Part shown: one piece after another, positions 36,957 through 47,430 of the stretch
Position numbering within the stretch: the first letter of the stretch is position 1
Layout: each line of letters opens with the position of its first letter
DNA from: an uncultured Candidatus Saccharibacteria bacterium
Lineage (GTDB): Bacteria; Patescibacteriota; Minisyncoccia; UBA6257; 2-01-FULL-56-20
Direction: 5' to 3'
NCBI GenBank assembly: GCA_964361095.1
Contig: CAYHZA010000003.1
Location: 31,773 to 95,772, forward strand
DNA length: 64,000 bases
The notes under the pieces: generated by a model
What the model was told of the DNA's origin: nothing
Seen by the model: the letters and a program-made list of their open reading frames with translations, nothing else
The model's database searches: none
Position numbers and translations under genes: made by a program

Positions 36957-37039
36957 TGAACGGGATTGCGTTTTGTAACTTCGCTCCGCCTCAGACAAAA
37001 CGGGAAGAAGGTCGCGTTCTGCCACTGAACCATACCCGC
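36957..37039 (-). pseudogene. tRNA-Gly-derived structure 2
   Basis: GCGGGTATGGTTCAGTGGCAGAACGCGACCTTC, then a hairpin and CAATCCCGTTCA. Confidence 0.7.
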
Positions 37040-37112
37040 CTGCGCTCGCCGTAGCGAGCTTTGGTGAACAAACCCGCTTGATTGCAAGGGCAAGAAGCTT
37101 CTTGATGGTATT

Positions 37113-37784
37113 CTACTTACTTTTAATTAAAGGCACAAACACAAATCCGGCATACTCTTTCTTTATAAACACATCATCAGCGTGCTTGTCAAAGGTAAAA
37201 ATACTCTTTCCGATAGGAGCAACGATGCGGCCGCCGACTTCGAGTTGCTTCTTCCACGCAAGGGGAATACCTTTTGGGGAAGACGCGGCGGCAATAATCT
37301 TATTAAACTTGCCCGGGGAAAGCATCTCGGGTGGAACTCCCTGTGTCGCGTCACCGAGAAGAACTTCCACGATCCCACGCCCGATAAAACCGTACTTCTC
37401 GATATTTTCTTCGGCTATTGCTTTAAGTTCGGGAACGATTTCCAATCCAAAAACCTTCGCGTGAATTACTTCCTGATCCGTCGATGAAGGATTTTTACTA
37501 ACCATATAAGCAAGAAGGGATGTTTGCCAACCGGATCCCACGCCGACATCAAGCACTTTCTCGTCCGGCCGCGGATCCAAAAGCTCAAGCATAAACGCGA
37601 CCGTGAGGGGCTGGGAAATCGTCTGCCCAAACCCGATCGGCAATGCTTTGTTATCATAGGCGCGATTTTCGAGCTCACGCGGAACAAAATCTTTCCGATC
37701 GATCGCGTTCAACGCTTCAGTGAGAAGCGGAGATTTTAAATACCCGTCCCGAATTAATTCTTGGATAAGCGCTTCTTTCGTCAT
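37113..37784 (-). CDS. pcm: protein-L-isoaspartate O-methyltransferase
   Basis: GQTISQP, VLDVGVGSGW, FVFVPL. Confidence 0.93.
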   Translation of the reverse strand: MTKEALIQELIRDGYLKSPLLTEALNAIDRKDFVPRELENRAYDNKALPIGFGQTISQPLTVAFMLELLDPRPDEKVLDVGVGSGWQTSLLAYMVSKNPSSTDQEVIHAKVFGLEIVPELKAIAEENIEKYGFIGRGIVEVLLGDATQGVPPEMLSPGKFNKIIAAASSPKGIPLAWKKQLEVGGRIVAPIGKSIFTFDKHADDVFIKKEYAGFVFVPLIKSK

Positions 37785-38377
37785 TGCTTTCGCTCCTCCT
37801 TCGGATCACGAAGTTTTACTTGTCCCTCTTCCCAAATAAAATCTCCCGAGAAAATCTTTACTGTGCTTTCTTTCCTCGCGGCCGTGAGCCACTCATCAAT
37901 TTTTTCTCCTCGCAGAATAAGCCGAGCAGTCAAAAGATCCTTTTCCGCCTGTGGGATAAGTATTCCTCGCTTAAAATCTTCGAAGTCTAATCCATAAAGC
38001 GTTTCCGCACCGCGTTGAAATTCTAAATCATCGTTAAATCGGTCAATTTTACCGGCCAAAAGTCGATCGAACTCTTTGCCCAATTCCTGCCGCGCCGCTT
38101 TTCCAATTACCATAGTATCCACCAATTGATTAAGAACGGAAAGCTGAAGATTCATCACGGTTATATCGGTATTCTCCGAAAAAAGAGCCGGCTTATACGC
38201 CTTTATGTTCGTATAATACGAAAAATTCGCGCGATAATCTTTTCTAAATTGACGGCTGGTAATAAATGATCCGTTCACGGACCCTATCGGATAATATCCG
38301 GCGGAAAAAATAAAAAACGAGAGAAGCCCCAAAGAAATCATACCCAAGAAAATTCCGAAAAAACGATAATCCTTCAT
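37781..38377 (-). CDS. SurA N-terminal-like membrane-anchored chaperone
   Basis: TM helix, VNGSFIT, VLNQLVD, LYG. Confidence 0.6.
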   Translation of the reverse strand: MKDYRFFGIFLGMISLGLLSFFIFSAGYYPIGSVNGSFITSRQFRKDYRANFSYYTNIKAYKPALFSENTDITVMNLQLSVLNQLVDTMVIGKAARQELGKEFDRLLAGKIDRFNDDLEFQRGAETLYGLDFEDFKRGILIPQAEKDLLTARLILRGEKIDEWLTAARKESTVKIFSGDFIWEEGQVKLRDPKEERKQ

Positions 38378-38391
38378 ATACGGCGAAAGCC

Positions 38392-38688
38392 CTATGGATT
38401 CGTTGAGGTCGCGGTCGATGAGCCCGCGTAAGGCACGGTGATAATTAATTTTTCTCCCGGTTTGCGATAGTTGAAACGCTCCCGAATTGCCTTTTCGAGA
38501 TTCGCCGGTTGGCTATAGTACCGAAGATCCGATTTAAGCTTAGCTTCGTCACTCTCCGCTTTTTGTAGTTCCTTCTCCATACTTTGCAATTCTTGCCGCA
38601 CTTCATTGCGGCGCGTGAACGAAGAATAAATCTGCGCTCCAATGAGTGCCGAGAAAAGAAGAATACCGATAACGCCTATGACGCGCAT
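38392..38688 (-). CDS. septum formation initiator (FtsB/DivIC family)
   Basis: TM + coiled coil + LEKAIRERFNYRKPGE. Confidence 0.8.
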   Translation of the reverse strand: MRVIGVIGILLFSALIGAQIYSSFTRRNEVRQELQSMEKELQKAESDEAKLKSDLRYYSQPANLEKAIRERFNYRKPGEKLIITVPYAGSSTATSTNP

Positions 38689-38749
38689 ATGCCCTTAGGA
38701 TAACGTGCGAAAAACGGAAAAGCAAAAACGATACAATGGCGTAATACAA

Positions 38750-39005
38750 AACCAAGTTCTTTCTGCGCGGCTATGAAGCCGAACGGGTATGGTGTCCCGC
38801 CTCGTATGTCCTTCGACACCGGGCGTCCACGTGCTCCGGCGGCACATGGCGCCCTACGCTCTCGGTATTCGGAATTCCTACGGAATACCGAGCTCCGAAT
38901 GCCTCCGAGAGTTGTCTCAAGACATACGAGGCGGGACGAGAGAGGCCGAATGCCAATGAGAACTCACGCCGGGAGTTCGAGTGGTAGCAGAAAGAACTGG
39001 GTTTT
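38750..39005 (+). repeat. structured repeat family A with a nested family B unit
   Basis: Outer stem AGTTCTTTCTGC/GCAGAAAGAACT; 17-bp inner stem 38794-38810/38921-38937. Confidence 0.8.
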
Positions 39006-39025
39006 TCAAACAACCTCACTCAATG

Positions 39026-40798
39026 CTACTTTTTCAGTATTGCCCGAAACACCTCAACGGGAAGGTTTACACGCGCGGTTTCCTTAAGGCGTTCTTTCCC
39101 TCGCTTCTGTTTTTTCCATAATTTCATCTTTCGGCTACGATCTCCCCCATAGAGGTATCCGGTAACATCCTTGCGAAGCGCCGCGATCGTCTCGCGCGCG
39201 ATAATTTTTCCTCCGGTTCTCGCTTGAATGGCTTGGGTGAATTGTTGTTTCGGCAAAAGTTCTTTTAACTTTTCCGCCGTTGTCCTCGCCTCCCGCTCTA
39301 TGTCCTTACGCGGGACCACTCGCGTGAGCGCCTCCACGACATCCCCCGCGATAAGAATCTCAAGCTTTTGAACCTCGGCAAGCGATTCACCGTCAAGTTC
39401 GTAGTTAAAAGAAGCGTACCCCGCCGTAATGGACTTCAGGTAGTCGTCGAAATCGCGCAAGAGTTCCGCAAGCGGCATGCGCGCGACCATAAGAACATTT
39501 TCACCTAAATTTTTTATATCAATCACCTCAAAACTAAAAAGGGTTTTCGCTCCGACCACCTGATTCACGTAGGATGACGGCGTTAAAATTTCGAGCTTAA
39601 TGATCGGTTGGAATACCTGATCTGGATGCTCCGGAAAATCTTTTGCCTGTTTTACCGTATACTCCCGTCCCCCGTCTTTCACGCGATACGCAACCGAAGG
39701 AAAGCTCGTAATAAAGTCGAGGCCGAATTCGTCACGAAGACGACTCGCGGTAATTTCAAAGTGGAGCTGCCCCAAGAAACCGATTTTTAGTCCACGCCCG
39801 AGCGCTTCGTTCGACTCCGGCTCAACGTCAAGCGCGGGATCGCTCAAGCGAAGTTTCGAAAGCGAAGAGAGAAGAACTTCGAATTCGGTATCGCCGTCGG
39901 GATAAAAAGAAATAAACACAACAGGAGCCGGATCTCGATACCCCGTAAGAGATGCCGTTGTAGAATCCTTCGCGACCGTATCCCCGATCTTCACCAAATC
40001 GGTTTCCTTAAGACCCGTTGCGATATACCCGATTTCCCCCGCAGAGAGACTGGGAATTGTTTTGAGTTGCGGCATAAAACTGCCGACTTCTTTTATTTTG
40101 AATCGCGTGTGGCTCGCGCGCAGATACACCTCCTCACCCGCGCGAAGAGAACCGCTAAAAAGACGTACGAACGCGATAATGCCTTTATGTTCATCGTAAA
40201 GAGAATCAAAGATAAGCGCTGTCGTCTCTTTTTTTGAACCCGTGGGTGCGGGCACGTCGCGAATTACCGCGCGAAGAAGTTCCGTGACGCCGCTCCCTGT
40301 TTTCGCTGATACTTTGAAAATTTCCTCCGTCGTAACGTCTAAAAGTTCCGCGACCGACTCAATAACTTTTTGAAGATTCGGAAGGAGAAGATCTATTTTA
40401 TTGACGGCGCCGATAATCTTAAGACCTGCCTTCCGCGCGGAACGGAGATTAGAAAGGGTTTGCGCCTGAATTCCCTTCGCTCCGTCAACCAAAAGAATCG
40501 CGCCCTCAACGGCCGCCAAAGCCCGAGAAACTTCATAGGAAAAATCCGAATGTCCGGGCGTATCGATAAGATTCAACATATACGGCTCCCCGTCCTGCAC
40601 ATACGACATCCGAACAGGAGCCATCTTAATCGTAATCCCCCGCTCGCGCTCGAGTTCGAGCTGATCCAGATACTGCGGCCGCATCCGCCGCGCTTCAACC
40701 GTACCGGTCACCTCCAAAAGCCGGTCCGCAAGCGTGGACTTACCGTGGTCAATGTGGGCGATTATTACGAAGTTACGGATATTCTTAGTGTTTTCCAT
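39026..40798 (-). CDS. lepA: elongation factor 4
   Basis: IRNFVIIAHIDHGKSTLADR, DTPGH, YGGDRSRKMKL; start taken as ATG 40798. Confidence 0.96.
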   Translation of the reverse strand: MENTKNIRNFVIIAHIDHGKSTLADRLLEVTGTVEARRMRPQYLDQLELERERGITIKMAPVRMSYVQDGEPYMLNLIDTPGHSDFSYEVSRALAAVEGAILLVDGAKGIQAQTLSNLRSARKAGLKIIGAVNKIDLLLPNLQKVIESVAELLDVTTEEIFKVSAKTGSGVTELLRAVIRDVPAPTGSKKETTALIFDSLYDEHKGIIAFVRLFSGSLRAGEEVYLRASHTRFKIKEVGSFMPQLKTIPSLSAGEIGYIATGLKETDLVKIGDTVAKDSTTASLTGYRDPAPVVFISFYPDGDTEFEVLLSSLSKLRLSDPALDVEPESNEALGRGLKIGFLGQLHFEITASRLRDEFGLDFITSFPSVAYRVKDGGREYTVKQAKDFPEHPDQVFQPIIKLEILTPSSYVNQVVGAKTLFSFEVIDIKNLGENVLMVARMPLAELLRDFDDYLKSITAGYASFNYELDGESLAEVQKLEILIAGDVVEALTRVVPRKDIEREARTTAEKLKELLPKQQFTQAIQARTGGKIIARETIAALRKDVTGYLYGGDRSRKMKLWKKQKRGKERLKETARVNLPVEVFRAILKK

Positions 40799-40821
40799 AT
40801 TTAAAAAATTGCCCACATTGA

Positions 40822-40923
40822 TCGGGAAAGGGGTCGGGAAAACGGGAGTTTTCCCGTATAGGAAAGTTGCTGAAAACCGAGAGGTTGTCAGGGAGCGAGT
40901 TGCTGTATAGCGACTCGCGACGG
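40822..40923 (-). repeat. repeat family C
   Basis: Homologous to 54524-54641 and 16226-16330. Confidence 0.8.
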
Positions 40924-41042
40924 TCGATATGCGCAATAATAACAAAATTCCGGATATTTTCAGCCGTTTTTTCGTTCATAAGTACGCCTAACTATATCCG
41001 AATGCTTCATTATTGGCCAATCCGTTAACCAACGGATAAATT

Positions 41043-43235
41043 CTATCCTCGAATCTTCTCCAACGTTAAATCAAGAATGACACGCCCATCCGGATCATCC
41101 GACGAGTACTCAAACGTCGGCAATCCATTTTCCTGCCAGCGAAATCCATAGGGCGCGTTAATTTCAAACATATAAGTGCTTTGCACTCCGGGCTGTTTAT
41201 CGAATACGAAACGATATGCTTGGCCCGCCTTCGGCGACGCGAGAAGCTTGTAGGTATAGTCGAAAACCGCATCACGCTTCTCTCCAAGTGGGACCTTCAT
41301 CCACGTCGCGAAAACGCTCCGATCATACTCCTCAAAAAGACGCACCGCGGGATAGTTCAAGTGAGCTCTCCCGGTCGCCTCCACGCGCGCAACTGCTTCA
41401 TCAACCGCATATTGTTCTTTCGCATACTGCGCCCGCGGAATAATCTTTTTTTCTACACCGCCGCTCGCATTGGTAAGCTTCGCGGTTGGTGGAGCGAATA
41501 TTTTAAGATACGCGACATGCGGCGCTCGATGCCAAGCATCGACGCTTTTTTTACCTTGATGTTCTTTGCTCACCACTAAGTGATTATTCACCGTCCCATC
41601 GTCTTCTATTTGGCTCTGGAGAAACACTTTTTGTTTCACGTAAAGATCTGTTTTTTCTCCTCCGATATTCGACGTCACTACGGCAAGGTAGTCACCCATG
41701 GAATCCTTGGGAATCGAATAGATACTTCCGGTCCAATTATAATAGTTGAAAAATCTTTGAAAATTTTGATCTTTAAAGTAAAAAACAAGATCCTTCTTAT
41801 CAAGCCATGTGCGGAAAAGAGAGAAAAGCTTGTCCTGGTCGTCTTCGCTTATGCGCGATAGCTTCTCGAGAAGTAAGAGCGTTACTTTTTTGAGAATTAC
41901 TTTCGGTTCGGATGACCCCGCGCCGCGCTTCTCTTGTATAATCCTTTGGAGCTCTTGGAGAAAATTGTCCTTGGTGAGCGTCGTACGGTATTCGGGAATC
42001 TCTATTGGACCGGAGAGCGCGAGAATATCCTGGGCTACCCTTCCCGAAATCCCCGCCGCGCCGTCGAAGCGTATCGTATCCCCATATAATTTAGATGCTT
42101 CCAAGAACGAAAGAACCTTTGAAGCCGAATCTGAAAAATCAAAAAACCAATTGGCATCGGCAGCCCGCCAACGGGTCACGAGCGCCTGAAGCGGTTCGGG
42201 CGGAACAACTTTGAGATCCAAAAGACGGTCGGCGTCGCTGATGTCATGCACTTCGATATTTTCTATATTGCCGTTCCTTATCGAAAGATCGGCGTAGCTT
42301 CCGATAAATCCTCCGCTTGGGCGCATCTCGGAAGGATTCTCAAAAAATACGGCGAAATGCCGCGGAGCATCGGAAGATTTGAGCCACCCCGTGAATGCTC
42401 CAAGAAAATCATGGAATCGCTTTATCTCGACCTGAAACGGAAGATATTCATCAAACGCGACTGGGAGAACTCCTTTGAATTTCCCCGCCGTCGCGGAAAG
42501 ATCGGACGTTTCTTTTAATATCGCTCCTAACGCGCCCTGCGCCTTTTCAAGATGGCCGATAAATTCGCCGCCTTGCTGCTTGAAAAGAAAATCCTTCGAG
42601 CTTTTTTTCGCCGCTTCGAGTTCTTGACCCAAGAGAAGCGCCTGGCCCCCTAAACTTTGGAATGCCGCAAATGTCTTCCCTCCCTCCTGAATTAACGGCA
42701 CAAAATTACCCACCAGCGTGCGTAAATCCGAAAACAAGGACTCATTTCCTGTGTTTGTGTTTTTTCTTACTTCAGAAGAACCCCTGGCTCCCTCTCCCGC
42801 GTCCGTCTGCCCCAAAAAATCAAGGCGCGAAACCGCAGATTGGAACTGTTCAAAACTTACCGAAGCGGAGTTCAAAAGCTTGCGTTCGGAATGATAAAAA
42901 AAAGTAGCGGCAACTGCGCCGCCTACGATAAGCACAAGGGTAATCGCAAGCGCCATTTCCCCGAGCCGCCGATTCTTTCGCGGGGCATGATCCATGGCAT
43001 ATCCTCGTAGCACGGTTTTCGTCGTTTCCGGTTTTGAAAAAATGCCCGGAGCTTTTGTCGAATCAATTGGTGGCTCATCGAAGACAGCTTCTTCGATCGG
43101 CACTTCGGACACAACGTGATGCGGATGCCGAACGTCGGAAATATGGCGTGAAATATTTTTTCTGGAAACGTGTTTCATCGCTTCAATTATTGTACCACCC
43201 GAACGAACCTCGCGAAAGCCGCGTGCGGCGGCCAA
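41043..43235 (-). CDS. DUF4012-domain membrane-anchored protein
   Basis: FENPSEMRPSGGFIGSY, DANWFFDF, NIGGEKTD. Confidence 0.85.
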   Translation of the reverse strand: MAAARGFREVRSGGTIIEAMKHVSRKNISRHISDVRHPHHVVSEVPIEEAVFDEPPIDSTKAPGIFSKPETTKTVLRGYAMDHAPRKNRRLGEMALAITLVLIVGGAVAATFFYHSERKLLNSASVSFEQFQSAVSRLDFLGQTDAGEGARGSSEVRKNTNTGNESLFSDLRTLVGNFVPLIQEGGKTFAAFQSLGGQALLLGQELEAAKKSSKDFLFKQQGGEFIGHLEKAQGALGAILKETSDLSATAGKFKGVLPVAFDEYLPFQVEIKRFHDFLGAFTGWLKSSDAPRHFAVFFENPSEMRPSGGFIGSYADLSIRNGNIENIEVHDISDADRLLDLKVVPPEPLQALVTRWRAADANWFFDFSDSASKVLSFLEASKLYGDTIRFDGAAGISGRVAQDILALSGPIEIPEYRTTLTKDNFLQELQRIIQEKRGAGSSEPKVILKKVTLLLLEKLSRISEDDQDKLFSLFRTWLDKKDLVFYFKDQNFQRFFNYYNWTGSIYSIPKDSMGDYLAVVTSNIGGEKTDLYVKQKVFLQSQIEDDGTVNNHLVVSKEHQGKKSVDAWHRAPHVAYLKIFAPPTAKLTNASGGVEKKIIPRAQYAKEQYAVDEAVARVEATGRAHLNYPAVRLFEEYDRSVFATWMKVPLGEKRDAVFDYTYKLLASPKAGQAYRFVFDKQPGVQSTYMFEINAPYGFRWQENGLPTFEYSSDDPDGRVILDLTLEKIRG

Positions 43236-43243
43236 AATAAAAA

Positions 43244-44077
43244 TTACTTATAATATGTCCGATGAGGAACTCGAAAATCCACGTATTCAAGTTTTTGAAA
43301 CTCACCCTCCCTCTTCAACGCTTGAACCACTTCACGGCTCTCATCGGCAGGAAATCGCAGAGAAAAATAGAGTGTCGGACCGTCGTAGGTAGCAATCTCA
43401 ATCTCTTCTTTGTCCAGATCTTTAAGCATAATGTTTTTAATCGCCACACCGCTGGCCTTCATCGTCGGGAATAAAGAAAAAAGCGCCGGAAGCATTCGCT
43501 CAGGGAGCACCGGAGAAAGGAGCGGGAGCGGATCATGCGAGTAGTCATGCACAACCGTAAGCAGGCTTCCTTCAGCTTCAAATGTTTTCTCAAAAATTAT
43601 TCCCTCATCGTCAAACCAAAAACATTCAACGGGGCTCTCTTTATTAAAACACCAAACACCGAGGGGCAAACGCTCTTCAACGTATACCGCGAGCGTGTCA
43701 TCCCAGTATTTTTTCTGAAGCGTAACGCGCTTGAGTTGGGGAATAAATTTCAAATCTTTTTCCTCCAGCACGTTCGGCCACGCGAGAAAATTCTCAATCG
43801 GTAGCCACCCACGGCCGTTTTTGAGCATCGTTCCCCGCAAAAGGTCAATAACTTGCGCGTCGGAGGTGCGTCGATCGAACGATACTTCTCCCGCGCGTAA
43901 TGCGTTCGGAATAATCGCAATGGTGCTAAATCTTAAAAAAGGAGCCCGGAAGAGAAACCACGCACTCACGAGGAGAACGGCAAAAACGACTCCTATGAGC
44001 ACTCCAATCCGAACATAGCGCCGTCGGCGTTCCTTTTTTTCTTGAACGTCAAAAATATAGTTTCCGACATCAGACAT
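43244..44077 (-). CDS. FtsQ/DivIB-like protein
   Basis: TM helix, VEERLP, FDDEG, LEYVDFR. Confidence 0.75.
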   Translation of the reverse strand: MSDVGNYIFDVQEKKERRRRYVRIGVLIGVVFAVLLVSAWFLFRAPFLRFSTIAIIPNALRAGEVSFDRRTSDAQVIDLLRGTMLKNGRGWLPIENFLAWPNVLEEKDLKFIPQLKRVTLQKKYWDDTLAVYVEERLPLGVWCFNKESPVECFWFDDEGIIFEKTFEAEGSLLTVVHDYSHDPLPLLSPVLPERMLPALFSLFPTMKASGVAIKNIMLKDLDKEEIEIATYDGPTLYFSLRFPADESREVVQALKREGEFQKLEYVDFRVPHRTYYK

Positions 44078-44177
44078 GTCATTAGTTTACCTCGTTAGAT
44101 CCCAAAAGCTCCAGTCTTCAAAACGGAACACGGGGTCAGAAAAAAGACCGCTCGTAAAAAACTCGGCATCATAGAAC

Positions 44178-45359
44178 TCACACCACAATCCGTTCCATAA
44201 GCGGATTAAGACGGGTCAGAAATTCATAGTGCGTCGTACCCGACTGCGCGGCGATCCCCTCCGCCGTTATCTCTGCCCCCCTGTCGCGCCCGATTAGGGT
44301 TGCACGATCTCCGATACGACATCCGATCCCCGTAACATCAAGAACTATGAGGTCCATAGAAACTCTCCCTAATACCTTCGCGCGCCGGCCATTTACAAGG
44401 GCAAAACCGATGCCCGAAAGCGATCGAGGAAATCCGTGCCAATAACCGATGGGTAGAATAGCCATTTTTGTGGGGCGCGTGACACGTTCCGTCAGGTCAT
44501 ACCCGACATAATCCCCTACCTTGAGATTTTTTATCTCTCCAATAAGCGCGTGCCAGCTTAAAACCGGAGACAAGGCATAACGCTTACCCGGAGCGAAAAG
44601 CGACTGCGTTTCGAGCTCTTTTGAAGGATACAAGCCGTACATTCCGATGCCGACTCTCACCGCGTCTTCATGATAGCGCTTATCAATCATCATGCCGCCC
44701 GTTGCCGCGCAATGTTTTATAAGAGAACGAAAGCCGGATGCTTCGAACATCTTGATCGCTTTTCTAAATTTTCGAAATTGTTCTTCGGTATACGTTGGAT
44801 AATTAATATCCTTCGCGGACGCAAAGTGAGTAAAAAGACCGCGAAGCTCCGGACGCGCCTTTTGGACGGCGCGTATGACCTTGGGAATTTCTTCGATATA
44901 AAACCCCTGCCGATGCATTCCCGTGTCCACCTTCACGTGAAAAAGCGGCGGATGCTTGAGGCGCGCGAGTTCTTGTAGCGCGTTAAAATTCGAAACGCTT
45001 ACCGTCACGTTCGCCTCTCTCGCTTCCCCTAAAAGCGCGGGCAAGGTATGCCCCAACACAAGAAGCGGTTTTTTTATTCCTACGCGCCGAAGCGCCAACG
45101 CCTCTACGAGACTATCAACGCAAAACCCGTCAATGCCGAATCCCTGGAGCAACGAGCTCCACGCAAAAAGTCCGTGCCCATACGCGTTTGATTTTACTAC
45201 CGCCCAAAGTTTTACACGGGGAGCGATGAATGAACGGAAAACATTATAATTTTTTCTTGCCGCTTGGGCATTCAACTCCACCCACGTGCGCACGCCCGCC
45301 AATTTTTTTTTCTTCAAAACGGCGGAAGACGAGTTACCCAATGATCTCTTGACCGACAT
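44178..45359 (-). CDS. alr: alanine racemase
   Basis: AVVKSNAYGHG, KVDTGMHRQG, GRVSMD. Confidence 0.95.
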   Translation of the reverse strand: MSVKRSLGNSSSAVLKKKKLAGVRTWVELNAQAARKNYNVFRSFIAPRVKLWAVVKSNAYGHGLFAWSSLLQGFGIDGFCVDSLVEALALRRVGIKKPLLVLGHTLPALLGEAREANVTVSVSNFNALQELARLKHPPLFHVKVDTGMHRQGFYIEEIPKVIRAVQKARPELRGLFTHFASAKDINYPTYTEEQFRKFRKAIKMFEASGFRSLIKHCAATGGMMIDKRYHEDAVRVGIGMYGLYPSKELETQSLFAPGKRYALSPVLSWHALIGEIKNLKVGDYVGYDLTERVTRPTKMAILPIGYWHGFPRSLSGIGFALVNGRRAKVLGRVSMDLIVLDVTGIGCRIGDRATLIGRDRGAEITAEGIAAQSGTTHYEFLTRLNPLMERIVV

Positions 45360-46590
45360 ATCGTTGCAACACCGCGGGAACCCTAATGCTCCCTTCTTTG
45401 GTTTGATAGTTCTCAAAAATCGCGATGAGTACGCGGCCGATGGCAAACGCGGTGCCATTTAACATATGAAGATAATCAGTTTTCCCTTCGCTATTACAAT
45501 ATTTCGCATTGATGCCCCGTGCTTGAAAATCGGCGGTATTGGAGCATGAGTGTGTCTCCCGATATTTCCCCCATCCTGAGCCTGTCGAATGGGCCTGCCC
45601 CGGCATCCACGCTTCGATATCGTATTGCCGCGCGTCGGTCCAACCCATATCCCCAGTGCAAATTTCAAGAACACGATAAGGAAGCTTTAACTTATCCATT
45701 AACTTTTCTTGAAGCGAAAGAAAAAACTCGTGCTCTTTTTCGGAGTCTTCGGGCTTCACGAATGAGAACATCTCAACCTTATCGAACTGGTGAACACGCA
45801 AAATTCCCTTGGTATCTTTTCCATAACTTCCCGCCTCGCGCCTAAAACACGTAGAAAACGAGACATAACGCTTCGGGAGATCCTTTTCTAAGAGAACATC
45901 ATTAAAGTGGAGAGGACCAACGGTATGCTCAGAACTTCCTACGAGATAAAGATCATCCTTCTCGAAATAATACCGCTCCTCTTTCTGGTCGCCCGCGAGC
46001 CGTCCCATGCCACGATACACCTCCGGACGGATCATAACCGGCGGCACAATCGGAATAAATCCTTCAGGAAGAAGAGTTTCAAACGCGAGTTGTATCAGCG
46101 CGAATTCCAAAAGCACCGCTTGATTTTTAAGATATCCGAATCTGCTTCCCGAAACTTCCGCCGCTTTCGCGGTGTCTACCAAATCGAACTTCTCCGAAAG
46201 CGCCATATAATCCTCCACGGGAAATTGAAAAGGAGATACATCACCCACTTCGCGAAGCACTTTGTTCTCCGATTCGTCTTTCCCTTGCGGAACATCACGA
46301 AACGGAAGATTGGGCAGACGATCCAAAATTTCGTCGCGTTCTTTTTCTAAGTTTTTCAGTTCAGCTTCTTTGTCTTGAACCTCGGATTTGAGCTTCTTCC
46401 CTTTTTCGATATCCCGCGCCTCGCTCGCTTTTTTCTGTTCGCTCCGCATCGCTTCAATTTCCTGCGTAAGCTCTCGCCACGCGGAGTCCACGCCCAAGAA
46501 CTGGTCTACCAGTTTCGGATCAACGCCCTTCTTTTCTATACCACGTTTCACGAGGTCAGGATTTTCGCGGATGAGCTTTATGTCGAGCAT
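45334..46590 (-). CDS. serS: seryl-tRNA ligase
   Basis: MLDIKLIRENP, CFRREAGS, RVHQFDKVE, LNGT. Confidence 0.97.
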   Translation of the reverse strand: MLDIKLIRENPDLVKRGIEKKGVDPKLVDQFLGVDSAWRELTQEIEAMRSEQKKASEARDIEKGKKLKSEVQDKEAELKNLEKERDEILDRLPNLPFRDVPQGKDESENKVLREVGDVSPFQFPVEDYMALSEKFDLVDTAKAAEVSGSRFGYLKNQAVLLEFALIQLAFETLLPEGFIPIVPPVMIRPEVYRGMGRLAGDQKEERYYFEKDDLYLVGSSEHTVGPLHFNDVLLEKDLPKRYVSFSTCFRREAGSYGKDTKGILRVHQFDKVEMFSFVKPEDSEKEHEFFLSLQEKLMDKLKLPYRVLEICTGDMGWTDARQYDIEAWMPGQAHSTGSGWGKYRETHSCSNTADFQARGINAKYCNSEGKTDYLHMLNGTAFAIGRVLIAIFENYQTKEGSIRVPAVLQRYVGQEIIG

Positions 46591-46695
46591 TTTATAGTAA
46601 GTATATCGAACTATGTTATTTATGATACCACCCTTGAAACAACGGGTGAAGTAGCGTAGATTTCTGGGTAGTTCCTACTTTAAAGGAGGTTCAAT

Positions 46696-46893
46696 ATGAC
46701 GTTCTATGCTGGGCTGTTTTTAGTGGTTGGAATTCTCCTCGCGACTCTTGGGATTATTCTCAATGAGCCATCCCAAGACAAGATTTCGGCGGAAAGAAAA
46801 GAAAAAACGGCGAAAATAGGATTTGCACTCGCGATTTTGGGATTAGTTATCATCACGGTCGCAATCCTAACTCTCCTTTGGATTCTACCCTGA
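46696..46893 (+). CDS. small 2-TM membrane protein
   Basis: AGGAGG SD; two hydrophobic helices. Confidence 0.6.
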   Translation: MTFYAGLFLVVGILLATLGIILNEPSQDKISAERKEKTAKIGFALAILGLVIITVAILTLLWILP

Positions 46894-46936
46894 GATTACG
46901 TGTTCTAATCGGAAACTCGACAACGAGGAGGTTCTG

Positions 46937-47332
46937 ATGGATAGAGTTCTTGCTTACGGTGGAGTCTTGTTGATGATACTCGCGCTCATTATTATGTGGC
47001 GCTCCCTACATTCCTCTCGAATAACTACACGAAGCGTCGTGGCAGTCTGCGCACTCGGAGGAGTGGCATGCGTCGGCTTAATCGCCGGGCATACGATGAC
47101 GTACGCAACGATTCATCAAACTCCCCCTAAGGAGGTGGCTCTCGAAAAAACCAAGGGATGCTGTCTCATCTGCAACTGCGGCCTACAGCTCCAAGCGTGT
47201 TGCGACGGATGTAAGCACCTGAAACCCATCCCCGACCCTTCAAAAAAAGAGTCGAGAATAGCGCAAACCGCCCGCTCTCTCTGCAAAAACTGTTGCGATT
47301 ACAAACGGAAAAGCGAAGAAAAAAAGCCGTAA
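46937..47332 (+). CDS. membrane protein with a Cys-rich C-terminus
   Basis: GAGGAGG SD; 2 TM; CCxxCxC...CCxxC...CxxCC. Confidence 0.6.
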   Translation: MDRVLAYGGVLLMILALIIMWRSLHSSRITTRSVVAVCALGGVACVGLIAGHTMTYATIHQTPPKEVALEKTKGCCLICNCGLQLQACCDGCKHLKPIPDPSKKESRIAQTARSLCKNCCDYKRKSEEKKP

Positions 47333-47430
47333 GAACGCGCTATGTATTGCAAAATCCAGAATAAAAAGGCTCCGCATCATAACGGAGCCGTTTCTTTTCA
47401 AAAAACATCCAATGGCGTAAAATAGTAAGC

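Noticed and set aside
38750-39005. RNase P, tmRNA or SRP RNA
   Set aside because: Lacks GAGGAAAGTCC, tRNA-like ends or the SRP helix-8 motif, and a homolog lies inside valS
40799-40945. N-terminal extension of LepA in the ORF track (639 aa)
   Set aside because: The extension is translated repeat DNA; the conserved start is ATG 40798
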